Source of the DNA: the human T2T-CHM13v2.0 reference genome, Homo sapiens
DNA length: 64,000 nucleotides
NCBI RefSeq assembly: GCF_009914755.1
Contig: NC_060928.1
Reading direction: 5' to 3' (one strand)
Shown here: positions 1 to 41,089 of the stretch, one piece after another
How positions within the stretch are numbered: the stretch's first letter is position 1
How the letters are laid out: the number at the start of each line of letters is the position of its first letter
Program-made: the position numbers and the translations under genes
Notes under the pieces: model-generated
What the model saw: only the letters and a program-made list of their open reading frames with translations
The model's database searches: none
What the model was told of the DNA's origin: nothing

Positions 1-1284
<1,284 letters not shown>

Positions 1285-1937
1285 GACGCGGGGTTGGGAC
1301 GGGGTCGGGTGGTTCGGGGCAGGGCGGTGGCCTCTCTTTCGCGGGGAACACCTGGCTGGCTACGGAGGGGCGTGTCTCCGCCCCGCCCCCTCCACCGGGC
1401 TGACCGGCCTGGGATTCCTGCCTTCTAGGTCTAGGCCCGGTGAGAGACTCCACACCGCGGAGAACTGCCATTCTTTCCTGGGCATCCCGGGGATCCCAGA
1501 GCCGGCCCAGGTACCAGCAGGTGGGCCGCCTACTGCGCACGCGCGGGTTTGCGGGCAGCCGCCTGGGCTGTGGGAGCAGCCCGGGCAGAGCTCTCCTGCC
1601 TCTCCACCAGCCCACCCCGCCGCCTGACCGCCCCCTCCCCACCCCCACCCCCCACCCCCGGAAAACGCGTCGTCCCCTGGGCTGGGTGGAGACCCCCGTC
1701 CCGCGAAACACCGGGCCCCGCGCAGCGTCCGGGCCTGACACCGCTCCGGCGGCTCGCCTCCTCTGCGCCCCCGCGCCACCGTCGCCCGCCCGCCCGGGCC
1801 CCTGCAGCCGCCCAGGTGCCAGCACGGAGCGCCTGGCGGCGGAACGCAGACCCCAGGCCCGGCGCACACCGGGGACGCTGAGCGTTCCAGGCGGGAGGGA
1901 AGGCGGGCAGAGATGGAGAGAGGAACGGGAGACCTAG

Positions 1938-4580
<2,643 letters not shown>

Positions 4581-5687
4581 GACGCGGGGTTGGGACGGGG
4601 TCGGGTGGTTCGGGGCAGGGCCGTGGCCTCTCTTTCGCGGGGAACACCTGGCTGGCTACGGAGGGGCGTGTCTCCGCCCCGCCCCCTCCACCGGGCTGAC
4701 CGGCCTGGGATTCCTGCCTTCTAGGTCTAGGCCCGGTGAGAGACTCCACACCGCGGAGAACTGCCATTCTTTCCTGGGCATCCCGGGGATCCCAGAGCCG
4801 GCCCAGGTACCAGCAGGTGGGCCGCCTACTGCGCACGCGCGGGTTTGCGGGCAGCCGCCTGGGCTGTGGGAGCAGCCCGGGCAGAGCTCTCCTGCCTCTC
4901 CACCAGCCCACCCCGCCGCCTGACCGCCCCCTCCCCACCCCCACCCCCCACCCCCGGAAAACGCGTCGTCCCCTGGGCTGGGTGGAGACCCCCGTCCCGC
5001 GAAACACCGGGCCCCGCGCAGCGTCCGGGCCTGACACCGCTCCGGCGGCTCGCCTCCTCTGCGCCCCCGCGCCACCGTCGCCCGCCCGCCCGGGCCCCTG
5101 CAGCCGCCCAGGTGCCAGCACGGAGCGCCTGGCGGCGGAACGCAGACCCCAGGCCCGGCGCACACCGGGGACGCTGAGCGTTCCAGGCGGGAGGGAAGGC
5201 GGGCAGAGATGGAGAGAGGAACGGGAGACCTAGAGGGGCGGAAGGACGGGCGGAGGGACGTTAGGAGGGAGGGAGGGAGGCAGGGAGGCAGGGAGGAACG
5301 GAGGGAAAGACAGAGCGACGCAGGGACTGGGGGCGGGCGGGAGGGAGCCGGGGACGGACGGGGGGAGGAAGGCAGGGAGGAAAAGCGGTCCTCGGCCTCC
5401 GGGAGTAGCGGGACCCCCGCCCTCCGGGAAAACGGTCAGCGTCCGGCGCGGGCTGAGGGCTGGGCCCACAGCCGCCGCGCCGGCCGGCGCGGCACCCATT
5501 CGCCCCGGTTCCGTGGCCCAGGGAGTGGGCGGTTTCCTCCGGGACAAAAGACCGGGACTCGGGTTGCCGTCGGGTTTTCACCCGCGCGGTTCACAGACCG
5601 CACATCCCCAGGCTCAGCCCTGCAACGCGGCGCGAGGCCGACAGCCCCGGCCACGGAGGAGCCACACGCAGGACGACGGAGGCGTGA

Positions 5688-7877
<2,190 letters not shown>

Positions 7878-9275
7878 GACGCGGGGTTGGGACGGGGTCG
7901 GGTGGTTCGGGGCAGGGCCGTGGCCTCTCTTTCGCGGGGAACACCTGGCTGGCTACGGAGGGGCGTGTCTCCGCCCCGCCCCCTCCACCGGGCTGACCGG
8001 CCTGGGATTCCTGCCTTCTAGGTCTAGGCCCGGTGAGAGACTCCACACCGCGGAGAACTGCCATTCTTTCCTGGGCATCCCGGGGATCCCAGAGCCGGCC
8101 CAGGTACCAGCAGGTGGGCCGCCTACTGCGCACGCGCGGGTTTGCGGGCAGCCGCCTGGGCTGTGGGAGCAGCCCGGGCAGAGCTCTCCTGCCTCTCCAC
8201 CAGCCCACCCCGCCGCCTGACCGCCCCCTCCCCACCCCCACCCCCCACCCCCGGAAAACGCGTCGTCCCCTGGGCTGGGTGGAGACCCCCGTCCCGCGAA
8301 ACACCGGGCCCCGCGCAGCGTCCGGGCCTGACACCGCTCCGGCGGCTCGCCTCCTCTGCGCCCCCGCGCCACCGTCGCCCGCCCGCCCGGGCCCCTGCAG
8401 CCGCCCAGGTGCCAGCACGGAGCGCCTGGCGGCGGAACGCAGACCCCAGGCCCGGCGCACACCGGGGACGCTGAGCGTTCCAGGCGGGAGGGAAGGCGGG
8501 CAGAGATGGAGAGAGGAACGGGAGACCTAGAGGGGCGGAAGGACGGGCGGAGGGACGTTAGGAGGGAGGGAGGGAGGCAGGGAGGCAGGGAGGAACGGAG
8601 GGAAAGACAGAGCGACGCAGGGACTGGGGGCGGGCGGGAGGGAGCCGGGGACGGGGGGAGGAAGGCAGGGAGGAAAAGCGGTCTTCGGCCTCCGGGAGTA
8701 GCGGGACCCCCGCCCTCCGGGAAAACGGTCAGCGTCCGGCGCGGGCTGAGGGCTGGGCCCACAGCCGCCGCGCCGGCCGGCGGGGCACCACCCATTCGCC
8801 CCGGTTCCGGGGCCCAGGGAGTGGGCGGTTTCCTCCGGGACAAAAGACCGGGACTCGGGTTGCCGTCGGGTTTTCACCCGCGCGGTTCACAGACCGCACA
8901 TCCCCAGGCTCAGCCCTGCAACGCGGCGCGAGGCCGACAGCCCCGGCCACGGAGGAGCCACACGCAGGACGACGGAGGCGTGATTTTGGTTTCCGCGTGG
9001 CTTTGCCCTCCGCAAGGCGGCCTGTTGCTCACGTCTCTCCGGCCCCCGAAAGGCTGGCCATGCCGACTGTTTGCTCCCGGAGCTCTGCGGGCACCCGGAA
9101 ACATGCAGGGAAGGGTGCAAGCCCGGCACGGTGCCTTCGCTCTCCTTGCCAGGTTCCAAACCGGCCACACTGCAGACTCCCCACGTTGCCGCACGCGGGA
9201 ATCCATCGTCAGGCCATCACGCCGGGGAGGCATCTCCTCTCTGGGGTCTCGCTCTGGTCTTCTACGTGGAAATGA

Positions 9276-11174
<1,899 letters not shown>

Positions 11175-12573
11175 GACGCGGGGTTGGGACGGGGTCGGGT
11201 GGTTCGGGGCAGGGCGGTGGCCTCTCTTTCGCGGGGAACACCTGGCTGGCTACGGAGGGGCGTGTCTCCGCCCCGCCCCCTCCACCGGGCTGACCGGCCT
11301 GGGATTCCTGCCTTCTAGGTCTAGGCCCGGTGAGAGACTCCACACCGCGGAGAACTGCCATTCTTTCCTGGGCATCCCGGGGATCCCAGAGCCGGCCCAG
11401 GTACCAGCAGGTGGGCCGCCTACTGCGCACGCGCGGGTTTGCGGGCAGCCGCCTGGGCTGTGGGAGCAGCCCGGGCAGAGCTCTCCTGCCTCTCCACCAG
11501 CCCACCCCGCCGCCTGACCGCCCCCTCCCCACCCCCACCCCCCACCCCCGGAAAACGCGTCGTCCCCTGGGCTGGGTGGAGACCCCCGTCCCGCGAAACA
11601 CCGGGCCCCGCGCAGCGTCCGGGCCTGACACCGCTCCGGCGGCTCGCCTCCTCTGCGCCCCCGCGCCACCGTCGCCCGCCCGCCCGGGCCCCTGCAGCCG
11701 CCCAGGTGCCAGCACGGAGCGCCTGGCGGCGGAACGCAGACCCCAGGCCCGGCGCACACCGGGGACGCTGAGCGTTCCAGGCGGGAGGGAAGGCGGGCAG
11801 AGATGGAGAGAGGAACGGGAGACCTAGAGGGGCGGAAGGACGGGCGGAGGGACGTTAGGAGGGAGGGAGGGAGGCAGGGAGGCAGGGAGGAACGGAGGGA
11901 AAGACAGAGCGACGCAGGGACTGGGGGCGGGCGGGAGGGAGCCGGGGACGGACGGGGGGAGGAAGGCAGGGAGGAAAAGCGGTCCTCGGCCTCCGGGAGT
12001 AGCGGGACCCCCGCCCTCCGGGAAAACGGTCAGCGTCCGGCGCGGGCTGAGGGCTGGGCCCACAGCCGCCGCGCCGGCCGGCGCGGCACCCATTCGCCCC
12101 GGTTCCGTGGCCCAGGGAGTGGGCGGTTTCCTCCGGGACAAAAGACCGGGACTCGGGTTGCCGTCGGGTTTTCACCCGCGCGGTTCACAGACCGCACATC
12201 CCCAGGCTCAGCCCTGCAACGCGGCGCGAGGCCGACAGCCCCGGCCACGGAGGAGCCACACGCAGGACGACGGAGGCGTGATTTTGGTTTCCGCGTGGCT
12301 TTGCCCTCCGCAAGGCGGCCTGTTGCTCACGTCTCTCCGGCCCCCGAAAGGCTGGCCATGCCGACTGTTTGCTCCCGGAGCTCTGCGGGCACCCGGAAAC
12401 ATGCAGGGAAGGGTGCAAGCCCGGCACGGTGCCTTCGCTCTCCTTGCCAGGTTCCAAACCGGCCACACTGCAGACTCCCCACGTTGCCGCACGCGGGAAT
12501 CCATCGTCAGGCCATCACGCCGGGGAGGCATCTCCTCTCTGGGGTCTCGCTCTGGTCTTCTACGTGGAAATGA

Positions 12574-14472
<1,899 letters not shown>

Positions 14473-15871
14473 GACGCGGGGTTGGGACGGGGTCGGGTGG
14501 TTCGGGGCAGGGCGGTGGCCTCTCTTTCGCGGGGAACACCTGGCTGGCTACGGAGGGGCGTGTCTCCGCCCCGCCCCCTCCACCGGGCTGACCGGCCTGG
14601 GATTCCTGCCTTCTAGGTCTAGGCCCGGTGAGAGACTCCACACCGCGGAGAACTGCCATTCTTTCCTGGGCATCCCGGGGATCCCAGAGCCGGCCCAGGT
14701 ACCAGCAGGTGGGCCGCCTACTGCGCACGCGCGGGTTTGCGGGCAGCCGCCTGGGCTGTGGGAGCAGCCCGGGCAGAGCTCTCCTGCCTCTCCACCAGCC
14801 CACCCCGCCGCCTGACCGCCCCCTCCCCACCCCCACCCCCCACCCCCGGAAAACGCGTCGTCCCCTGGGCTGGGTGGAGACCCCCGTCCCGCGAAACACC
14901 GGGCCCCGCGCAGCGTCCGGGCCTGACACCGCTCCGGCGGCTCGCCTCCTCTGCGCCCCCGCGCCACCGTCGCCCGCCCGCCCGGGCCCCTGCAGCCGCC
15001 CAGGTGCCAGCACGGAGCGCCTGGCGGCGGAACGCAGACCCCAGGCCCGGCGCACACCGGGGACGCTGAGCGTTCCAGGCGGGAGGGAAGGCGGGCAGAG
15101 ATGGAGAGAGGAACGGGAGACCTAGAGGGGCGGAAGGACGGGCGGAGGGACGTTAGGAGGGAGGGAGGGAGGCAGGGAGGCAGGGAGGAACGGAGGGAAA
15201 GACAGAGCGACGCAGGGACTGGGGGCGGGCGGGAGGGAGCCGGGGACGGACGGGGGGAGGAAGGCAGGGAGGAAAAGCGGTCCTCGGCCTCCGGGAGTAG
15301 CGGGACCCCCGCCCTCCGGGAAAACGGTCAGCGTCCGGCGCGGGCTGAGGGCTGGGCCCACAGCCGCCGCGCCGGCCGGCGCGGCACCCATTCGCCCCGG
15401 TTCCGTGGCCCAGGGAGTGGGCGGTTTCCTCCGGGACAAAAGACCGGGACTCGGGTTGCCGTCGGGTTTTCACCCGCGCGGTTCACAGACCGCACATCCC
15501 CAGGCTCAGCCCTGCAACGCGGCGCGAGGCCGACAGCCCCGGCCACGGAGGAGCCACACGCAGGACGACGGAGGCGTGATTTTGGTTTCCGCGTGGCTTT
15601 GCCCTCCGCAAGGCGGCCTGTTGCTCACGTCTCTCCGGCCCCCGAAAGGCTGGCCATGCCGACTGTTTGCTCCCGGAGCTCTGCGGGCACCCGGAAACAT
15701 GCAGGGAAGGGTGCAAGCCCGGCACGGTGCCTTCGCTCTCCTTGCCAGGTTCCAAACCGGCCACACTGCAGACTCCCCACGTTGCCGCACGCGGGAATCC
15801 ATCGTCAGGCCATCACGCCGGGGAGGCATCTCCTCTCTGGGGTCTCGCTCTGGTCTTCTACGTGGAAATGA

Positions 15872-17770
<1,899 letters not shown>

Positions 17771-18876
17771 GACGCGGGGTTGGGACGGGGTCGGGTGGTT
17801 CGGGGCAGGGCGGTGGCCTCTCTTTCGCGGGGAACACCTGGCTGGCTACGGAGGGGCGTGTCTCCGCCCCGCCCCCTCCACCGGGCTGACCGGCCTGGGA
17901 TTCCTGCCTTCTAGGTCTAGGCCCGGTGAGAGACTCCACACCGCGGAGAACTGCCATTCTTTCCTGGGCATCCCGGGGATCCCAGAGCCGGCCCAGGTAC
18001 CAGCAGGTGGGCCGCCTACTGCGCACGCGCGGGTTTGCGGGCAGCCGCCTGGGCTGTGGGAGCAGCCCGGGCAGAGCTCTCCTGCCTCTCCACCAGCCCA
18101 CCCCGCCGCCTGACCGCCCCCTCCCCACCCCCACCCCCCACCCCCGGAAAACGCGTCGTCCCCTGGGCTGGGTGGAGACCCCCGTCCCGCGAAACACCGG
18201 GCCCCGCGCAGCGTCCGGGCCTGACACCGCTCCGGCGGCTCGCCTCCTCTGCGCCCCCGCGCCACCGTCGCCCGCCCGCCCGGGCCCCTGCAGCCGCCCA
18301 GGTGCCAGCACGGAGCGCCTGGCGGCGGAACGCAGACCCCAGGCCCGGCGCACACCGGGGACGCTGAGCGTTCCAGGCGGGAGGGAAGGCGGGCAGAGAT
18401 GGAGAGAGGAACGGGAGACCTAGAGGGGCGGAAGGACGGGCGGAGGGACGTTAGGAGGGAGGGAGGGAGGCAGGGAGGCAGGGAGGAACGGAGGGAAAGA
18501 CAGAGCGACGCAGGGACTGGGGGCGGGCGGGAGGGAGCCGGGGACGGGGGGAGGAAGGCAGGGAGGAAAAGCGGTCCTCGGCCTCCGGGAGTAGCGGGAC
18601 CCCCGCCCTCCGGGAAAACGGTCAGCGTCCGGCGCGGGCTGAGGGCTGGGCCCACAGCCGCCGCGCCGGCCGGCGGGGCACCACCCATTCGCCCCGGTTC
18701 CGGGGCCCAGGGAGTGGGCGGTTTCCTCCGGGACAAAAGACCGGGACTCGGGTTGCCGTCGGGTCTTCACCCGCGCGGTTCACAGACCGCACATCCCCAG
18801 GCTGAGCCCTGCAACGCGGCGCGAGGCCGACAGCCCCGGCCACGGAGGAGCCACACGCAGGACGACGGAGGCGTGA

Positions 18877-21066
<2,190 letters not shown>

Positions 21067-22464
21067 GACGCGGGGTTGGGACGGGGTCGGGTGGTTCGGG
21101 GCAGGGCCGTGGCCTCTCTTTCGCGGGGAACACCTGGCTGGCTACGGAGGGGCGTGTCTCCGCCCCGCCCCCTCCACCGGGCTGACCGGCCTGGGATTCC
21201 TGCCTTCTAGGTCTAGGCCCGGTGAGAGACTCCACACCGCGGAGAACTGCCATTCTTTCCTGGGCATCCCGGGGATCCCAGAGCCGGCCCAGGTACCAGC
21301 AGGTGGGCCGCCTACTGCGCACGCGCGGGTTTGCGGGCAGCCGCCTGGGCTGTGGGAGCAGCCCGGGCAGAGCTCTCCTGCCTCTCCACCAGCCCACCCC
21401 GCCGCCTGACCGCCCCCTCCCCACCCCCACCCCCCACCCCCGGAAAACGCGTCGTCCCCTGGGCTGGGTGGAGACCCCCGTCCCGCGAAACACCGGGCCC
21501 CGCGCAGCGTCCGGGCCTGACACCGCTCCGGCGGCTCGCCTCCTCTGCGCCCCCGCGCCACCGTCGCCCGCCCGCCCGGGCCCCTGCAGCCGCCCAGGTG
21601 CCAGCACGGAGCGCCTGGCGGCGGAACGCAGACCCCAGGCCCGGCGCACACCGGGGACGCTGAGCGTTCCAGGCGGGAGGGAAGGCGGGCAGAGATGGAG
21701 AGAGGAACGGGAGACCTAGAGGGGCGGAAGGACGGGCGGAGGGACGTTAGGAGGGAGGGAGGGAGGCAGGGAGGCAGGGAGGAACGGAGGGAAAGACAGA
21801 GCGACGCAGGGACTGGGGGCGGGCGGGAGGGAGCCGGGGACGGGGGGAGGAAGGCAGGGAGGAAAAGCGGTCCTCGGCCTCCGGGAGTAGCGGGACCCCC
21901 GCCCTCCGGGAAAACGGTCAGCGTCCGGCGCGGGCTGAGGGCTGGGCCCACAGCCGCCGCGCCGGCCGGCGGGGCACCACCCATTCGCCCCGGTTCCGGG
22001 GCCCAGGGAGTGGGCGGTTTCCTCCGGGACAAAAGACCGGGACTCGGGTTGCCGTCGGGTCTTCACCCGCGCGGTTCACAGACCGCACATCCCCAGGCTG
22101 AGCCCTGCAACGCGGCGCGAGGCCGACAGCCCCGGCCACGGAGGAGCCACACGCAGGACGACGGAGGCGTGATTTTGGTTTCCGCGTGGCTTTGCCCTCC
22201 GCAAGGCGGCCTGTTGCTCACGTCTCTCCGGCCCCCGAAAGGCTGGCCATGCCGACTGTTTGCTCCCGGAGCTCTGCGGGCACCCGGAAACATGCAGGGA
22301 AGGGTGCAAGCCCGGCACGGTGCCTTCGCTCTCCTTGCCAGGTTCCAAACCGGCCACACTGCAGACTCCCCACGTTGCCGCACGCGGGAATCCATCGTCA
22401 GGCCATCACGCCGGGGAGGCATCTCCTCTCTGGGGTCTCGCTCTGGTCTTCTACGTGGAAATGA

Positions 22465-24363
<1,899 letters not shown>

Positions 24364-25469
24364 GACGCGGGGTTGGGACGGGGTCGGGTGGTTCGGGGCA
24401 GGGCGGTGGCCTCTCTTTCGCGGGGAACACCTGGCTGGCTACGGAGGGGCGTGTCTCCGCCCCGCCCCCTCCACCGGGCTGACCGGCCTGGGATTCCTGC
24501 CTTCTAGGTCTAGGCCCGGTGAGAGACTCCACACCGCGGAGAACTGCCATTCTTTCCTGGGCATCCCGGGGATCCCAGAGCCGGCCCAGGTACCAGCAGG
24601 TGGGCCGCCTACTGCGCACGCGCGGGTTTGCGGGCAGCCGCCTGGGCTGTGGGAGCAGCCCGGGCAGAGCTCTCCTGCCTCTCCACCAGCCCACCCCGCC
24701 GCCTGACCGCCCCCTCCCCACCCCCACCCCCCACCCCCGGAAAACGCGTCGTCCCCTGGGCTGGGTGGAGACCCCCGTCCCGCGAAACACCGGGCCCCGC
24801 GCAGCGTCCGGGCCTGACACCGCTCCGGCGGCTCGCCTCCTCTGCGCCCCCGCGCCACCGTCGCCCGCCCGCCCGGGCCCCTGCAGCCGCCCAGGTGCCA
24901 GCACGGAGCGCCTGGCGGCGGAACGCAGACCCCAGGCCCGGCGCACACCGGGGACGCTGAGCGTTCCAGGCGGGAGGGAAGGCGGGCAGAGATGGAGAGA
25001 GGAACGGGAGACCTAGAGGGGCGGAAGGACGGGCGGAGGGACGTTAGGAGGGAGGGAGGGAGGCAGGGAGGCAGGGAGGAACGGAGGGAAAGACAGAGCG
25101 ACGCAGGGACTGGGGGCGGGCGGGAGGGAGCCGGGGACGGGGGGAGGAAGGCAGGGAGGAAAAGCGGTCCTCGGCCTCCGGGAGTAGCGGGACCCCCGCC
25201 CTCCGGGAAAACGGTCAGCGTCCGGCGCGGGCTGAGGGCTGGGCCCACAGCCGCCGCGCCGGCCGGCGGGGCACCACCCATTCGCCCCGGTTCCGGGGCC
25301 CAGGGAGTGGGCGGTTTCCTCCGGGACAAAAGACCGGGACTCGGGTTGCCGTCGGGTCTTCACCCGCGCGGTTCACAGACCGCACATCCCCAGGCTGAGC
25401 CCTGCAACGCGGCGCGAGGCCGACAGCCCCGGCCACGGAGGAGCCACACGCAGGACGACGGAGGCGTGA

Positions 25470-27659
<2,190 letters not shown>

Positions 27660-29057
27660 GACGCGGGGTTGGGACGGGGTCGGGTGGTTCGGGGCAGGGC
27701 GGTGGCCTCTCTTTCGCGGGGAACACCTGGCTGGCTACGGAGGGGCGTGTCTCCGCCCCGCCCCCTCCACCGGGCTGACCGGCCTGGGATTCCTGCCTTC
27801 TAGGTCTAGGCCCGGTGAGAGACTCCACACCGCGGAGAACTGCCATTCTTTCCTGGGCATCCCGGGGATCCCAGAGCCGGCCCAGGTACCAGCAGGTGGG
27901 CCGCCTACTGCGCACGCGCGGGTTTGCGGGCAGCCGCCTGGGCTGTGGGAGCAGCCCGGGCAGAGCTCTCCTGCCTCTCCACCAGCCCACCCCGCCGCCT
28001 GACCGCCCCCTCCCCACCCCCACCCCCCACCCCCGGAAAACGCGTCGTCCCCTGGGCTGGGTGGAGACCCCCGTCCCGCGAAACACCGGGCCCCGCGCAG
28101 CGTCCGGGCCTGACACCGCTCCGGCGGCTCGCCTCCTCTGCGCCCCCGCGCCACCGTCGCCCGCCCGCCCGGGCCCCTGCAGCCGCCCAGGTGCCAGCAC
28201 GGAGCGCCTGGCGGCGGAACGCAGACCCCAGGCCCGGCGCACACCGGGGACGCTGAGCGTTCCAGGCGGGAGGGAAGGCGGGCAGAGATGGAGAGAGGAA
28301 CGGGAGACCTAGAGGGGCGGAAGGACGGGCGGAGGGACGTTAGGAGGGAGGGAGGGAGGCAGGGAGGCAGGGAGGAACGGAGGGAAAGACAGAGCGACGC
28401 AGGGACTGGGGGCGGGCGGGAGGGAGCCGGGGACGGGGGGAGGAAGGCAGGGAGGAAAAGCGGTCCTCGGCCTCCGGGAGTAGCGGGACCCCCGCCCTCC
28501 GGGAAAACGGTCAGCGTCCGGCGCGGGCTGAGGGCTGGGCCCACAGCCGCCGCGCCGGCCGGCGGGGCACCACCCATTCGCCCCGGTTCCGGGGCCCAGG
28601 GAGTGGGCGGTTTCCTCCGGGACAAAAGACCGGGACTCGGGTTGCCGTCGGGTCTTCACCCGCGCGGTTCACAGACCGCACATCCCCAGGCTGAGCCCTG
28701 CAACGCGGCGCGAGGCCGACAGCCCCGGCCACGGAGGAGCCACACGCAGGACGACGGAGGCGTGATTTTGGTTTCCGCGTGGCTTTGCCCTCCGCAAGGC
28801 GGCCTGTTGCTCACGTCTCTCCGGCCCCCGAAAGGCTGGCCATGCCGACTGTTTGCTCCCGGAGCTCTGCGGGCACCCGGAAACATGCAGGGAAGGGTGC
28901 AAGCCCGGCACGGTGCCTTCGCTCTCCTTGCCAGGTTCCAAACCGGCCACACTGCAGACTCCCCACGTTGCCGCACGCGGGAATCCATCGTCAGGCCATC
29001 ACGCCGGGGAGGCATCTCCTCTCTGGGGTCTCGCTCTGGTCTTCTACGTGGAAATGA

Positions 29058-30956
<1,899 letters not shown>

Positions 30957-32062
30957 GACGCGGGGTTGGGACGGGGTCGGGTGGTTCGGGGCAGGGCGGT
31001 GGCCTCTCTTTCGCGGGGAACACCTGGCTGGCTACGGAGGGGCGTGTCTCCGCCCCGCCCCCTCCACCGGGCTGACCGGCCTGGGATTCCTGCCTTCTAG
31101 GTCTAGGCCCGGTGAGAGACTCCACACCGCGGAGAACTGCCATTCTTTCCTGGGCATCCCGGGGATCCCAGAGCCGGCCCAGGTACCAGCAGGTGGGCCG
31201 CCTACTGCGCACGCGCGGGTTTGCGGGCAGCCGCCTGGGCTGTGGGAGCAGCCCGGGCAGAGCTCTCCTGCCTCTCCACCAGCCCACCCCGCCGCCTGAC
31301 CGCCCCCTCCCCACCCCCACCCCCCACCCCCGGAAAACGCGTCGTCCCCTGGGCTGGGTGGAGACCCCCGTCCCGCGAAACACCGGGCCCCGCGCAGCGT
31401 CCGGGCCTGACACCGCTCCGGCGGCTCGCCTCCTCTGCGCCCCCGCGCCACCGTCGCCCGCCCGCCCGGGCCCCTGCAGCCGCCCAGGTGCCAGCACGGA
31501 GCGCCTGGCGGCGGAACGCAGACCCCAGGCCCGGCGCACACCGGGGACGCTGAGCGTTCCAGGCGGGAGGGAAGGCGGGCAGAGATGGAGAGAGGAACGG
31601 GAGACCTAGAGGGGCGGAAGGACGGGCGGAGGGACGTTAGGAGGGAGGGAGGGAGGCAGGGAGGCAGGGAGGAACGGAGGGAAAGACAGAGCGACGCAGG
31701 GACTGGGGGCGGGCGGGAGGGAGCCGGGGACGGGGGGAGGAAGGCAGGGAGGAAAAGCGGTCCTCGGCCTCCGGGAGTAGCGGGACCCCCGCCCTCCGGG
31801 AAAACGGTCAGCGTCCGGCGCGGGCTGAGGGCTGGGCCCACAGCCGCCGCGCCGGCCGGCGGGGCACCACCCATTCGCCCCGGTTCCGGGGCCCAGGGAG
31901 TGGGCGGTTTCCTCCGGGACAAAAGACCGGGACTCGGGTTGCCGTCGGGTCTTCACCCGCGCGGTTCACAGACCGCACATCCCCAGGCTGAGCCCTGCAA
32001 CGCGGCGCGAGGCCGACAGCCCCGGCCACGGAGGAGCCACACGCAGGACGACGGAGGCGTGA

Positions 32063-34252
<2,190 letters not shown>

Positions 34253-34936
34253 GACGCGGGGTTGGGACGGGGTCGGGTGGTTCGGGGCAGGGCGGTGGCC
34301 TCTCTTTCGCGGGGAACACCTGGCTGGCTACGGAGGGGCGTGTCTCCGCCCCGCCCCCTCCACCGGGCTGACCGGCCTGGGATTCCTGCCTTCTAGGTCT
34401 AGGCCCGGTGAGAGACTCCACACCGCGGAGAACTGCCATTCTTTCCTGGGCATCCCGGGGATCCCAGAGCCGGCCCAGGTACCAGCAGGTGGGCCGCCTA
34501 CTGCGCACGCGCGGGTTTGCGGGCAGCCGCCTGGGCTGTGGGAGCAGCCCGGGCAGAGCTCTCCTGCCTCTCCACCAGCCCACCCCGCCGCCTGACCGCC
34601 CCCTCCCCACCCCCACCCCCCACCCCCGGAAAACGCGTCGTCCCCTGGGCTGGGTGGAGACCCCCGTCCCGCGAAACACCGGGCCCCGCGCAGCGTCCGG
34701 GCCTGACACCGCTCCGGCGGCTCGCCTCCTCTGCGCCCCCGCGCCACCGTCGCCCGCCCGCCCGGGCCCCTGCAGCCGCCCAGGTGCCAGCACGGAGCGC
34801 CTGGCGGCGGAACGCAGACCCCAGGCCCGGCGCACACCGGGGACGCTGAGCGTTCCAGGCGGGAGGGAAGGCGGGCAGAGATGGAGAGAGGAACGGGAGA
34901 CCTAGAGGGGCGGAAGGACGGGCGGAGGGACGTTAG

Positions 34937-37558
<2,622 letters not shown>

Positions 37559-38957
37559 GACGCGGGGTTGGGACGGGGTCGGGTGGTTCGGGGCAGGGCC
37601 GTGGCCTCTCTTTCGCGGGGAACACCTGGCTGGCTACGGAGGGGCGTGTCTCCGCCCCGCCCCCTCCACCGGGCTGACCGGCCTGGGATTCCTGCCTTCT
37701 AGGTCTAGGCCCGGTGAGAGACTCCACACCGCGGAGAACTGCCATTCTTTCCTGGGCATCCCGGGGATCCCAGAGCCGGCCCAGGTACCAGCAGGTGGGC
37801 CGCCTACTGCGCACGCGCGGGTTTGCGGGCAGCCGCCTGGGCTGTGGGAGCAGCCCGGGCAGAGCTCTCCTGCCTCTCCACCAGCCCACCCCGCCGCCTG
37901 ACCGCCCCCTCCCCACCCCCACCCCCCACCCCCGGAAAACGCGTCGTCCCCTGGGCTGGGTGGAGACCCCCGTCCCGCGAAACACCGGGCCCCGCGCAGC
38001 GTCCGGGCCTGACACCGCTCCGGCGGCTCGCCTCCTCTGCGCCCCCGCGCCACCGTCGCCCGCCCGCCCGGGCCCCTGCAGCCGCCCAGGTGCCAGCACG
38101 GAGCGCCTGGCGGCGGAACGCAGACCCCAGGCCCGGCGCACACCGGGGACGCTGAGCGTTCCAGGCGGGAGGGAAGGCGGGCAGAGATGGAGAGAGGAAC
38201 GGGAGACCTAGAGGGGCGGAAGGACGGGCGGAGGGACGTTAGGAGGGAGGGAGGGAGGCAGGGAGGCAGGGAGGAACGGAGGGAAAGACAGAGCGACGCA
38301 GGGACTGGGGGCGGGCGGGAGGGAGCCGGGGACGGACGGGGGGAGGAAGGCAGGGAGGAAAAGCGGTCCTCGGCCTCCGGGAGTAGCGGGACCCCCGCCC
38401 TCCGGGAAAACGGTCAGCGTCCGGCGCGGGCTGAGGGCTGGGCCCACAGCCGCCGCGCCGGCCGGCGCGGCACCCATTCGCCCCGGTTCCGTGGCCCAGG
38501 GAGTGGGCGGTTTCCTCCGGGACAAAAGACCGGGACTCGGGTTGCCGTCGGGTTTTCACCCGCGCGGTTCACAGACCGCACATCCCCAGGCTCAGCCCTG
38601 CAACGCGGCGCGAGGCCGACAGCCCCGGCCACGGAGGAGCCACACGCAGGACGACGGAGGCGTGATTTTGGTTTCCGCGTGGCTTTGCCCTCCGCAAGGC
38701 GGCCTGTTGCTCACGTCTCTCCGGCCCCCGAAAGGCTGGCCATGCCGACTGTTTGCTCCCGGAGCTCTGCGGGCACCCGGAAACATGCAGGGAAGGGTGC
38801 AAGCCCGGCATGGTGCCTTCGCTCTCCTTGCCAGGTTCCAAACCGGCCACACTGCAGACTCCCCACGTTGCCGCACGCGGGAATCCATCGTCAGGCCATC
38901 ACGCCGGGGAGGCATCTCCTCTCTGGGGTCTCGCTCTGGTCTTCTACGTGGAAATGA

Positions 38958-40853
<1,896 letters not shown>

Positions 40854-40997
40854 GACGCGGGGTTGGGACGGGGTCGGGTGGTTCGGGGCAGGGCCGTGGC
40901 CTCTCTTTCGCGGGGAACACCTGGCTGGCTACGGAGGGGCGTGTCTCCGCCCCGCCCCCTCCACCGGGCTGACCGGCCTGGGATTCCTGCCTTCTAG

Positions 40998-41089
40998 GTC
41001 TAGGCCCGGTGAGAGACTCCACACCGCGGAGAACTGCCATTCTTTCCTGGGCATCCCGGGGATCCCAGAGCCGGCCCAGGTACCAGCAG
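40998..41089 (+). other. DUX4: DUX4 exon 2 (3' UTR), 92 bp
   Basis: Intron 1 40862-40997 (GT...CCTTCTAG, 136 bp); exon ends GGTACCAGCAG|GTGGGC. Confidence 0.85.
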
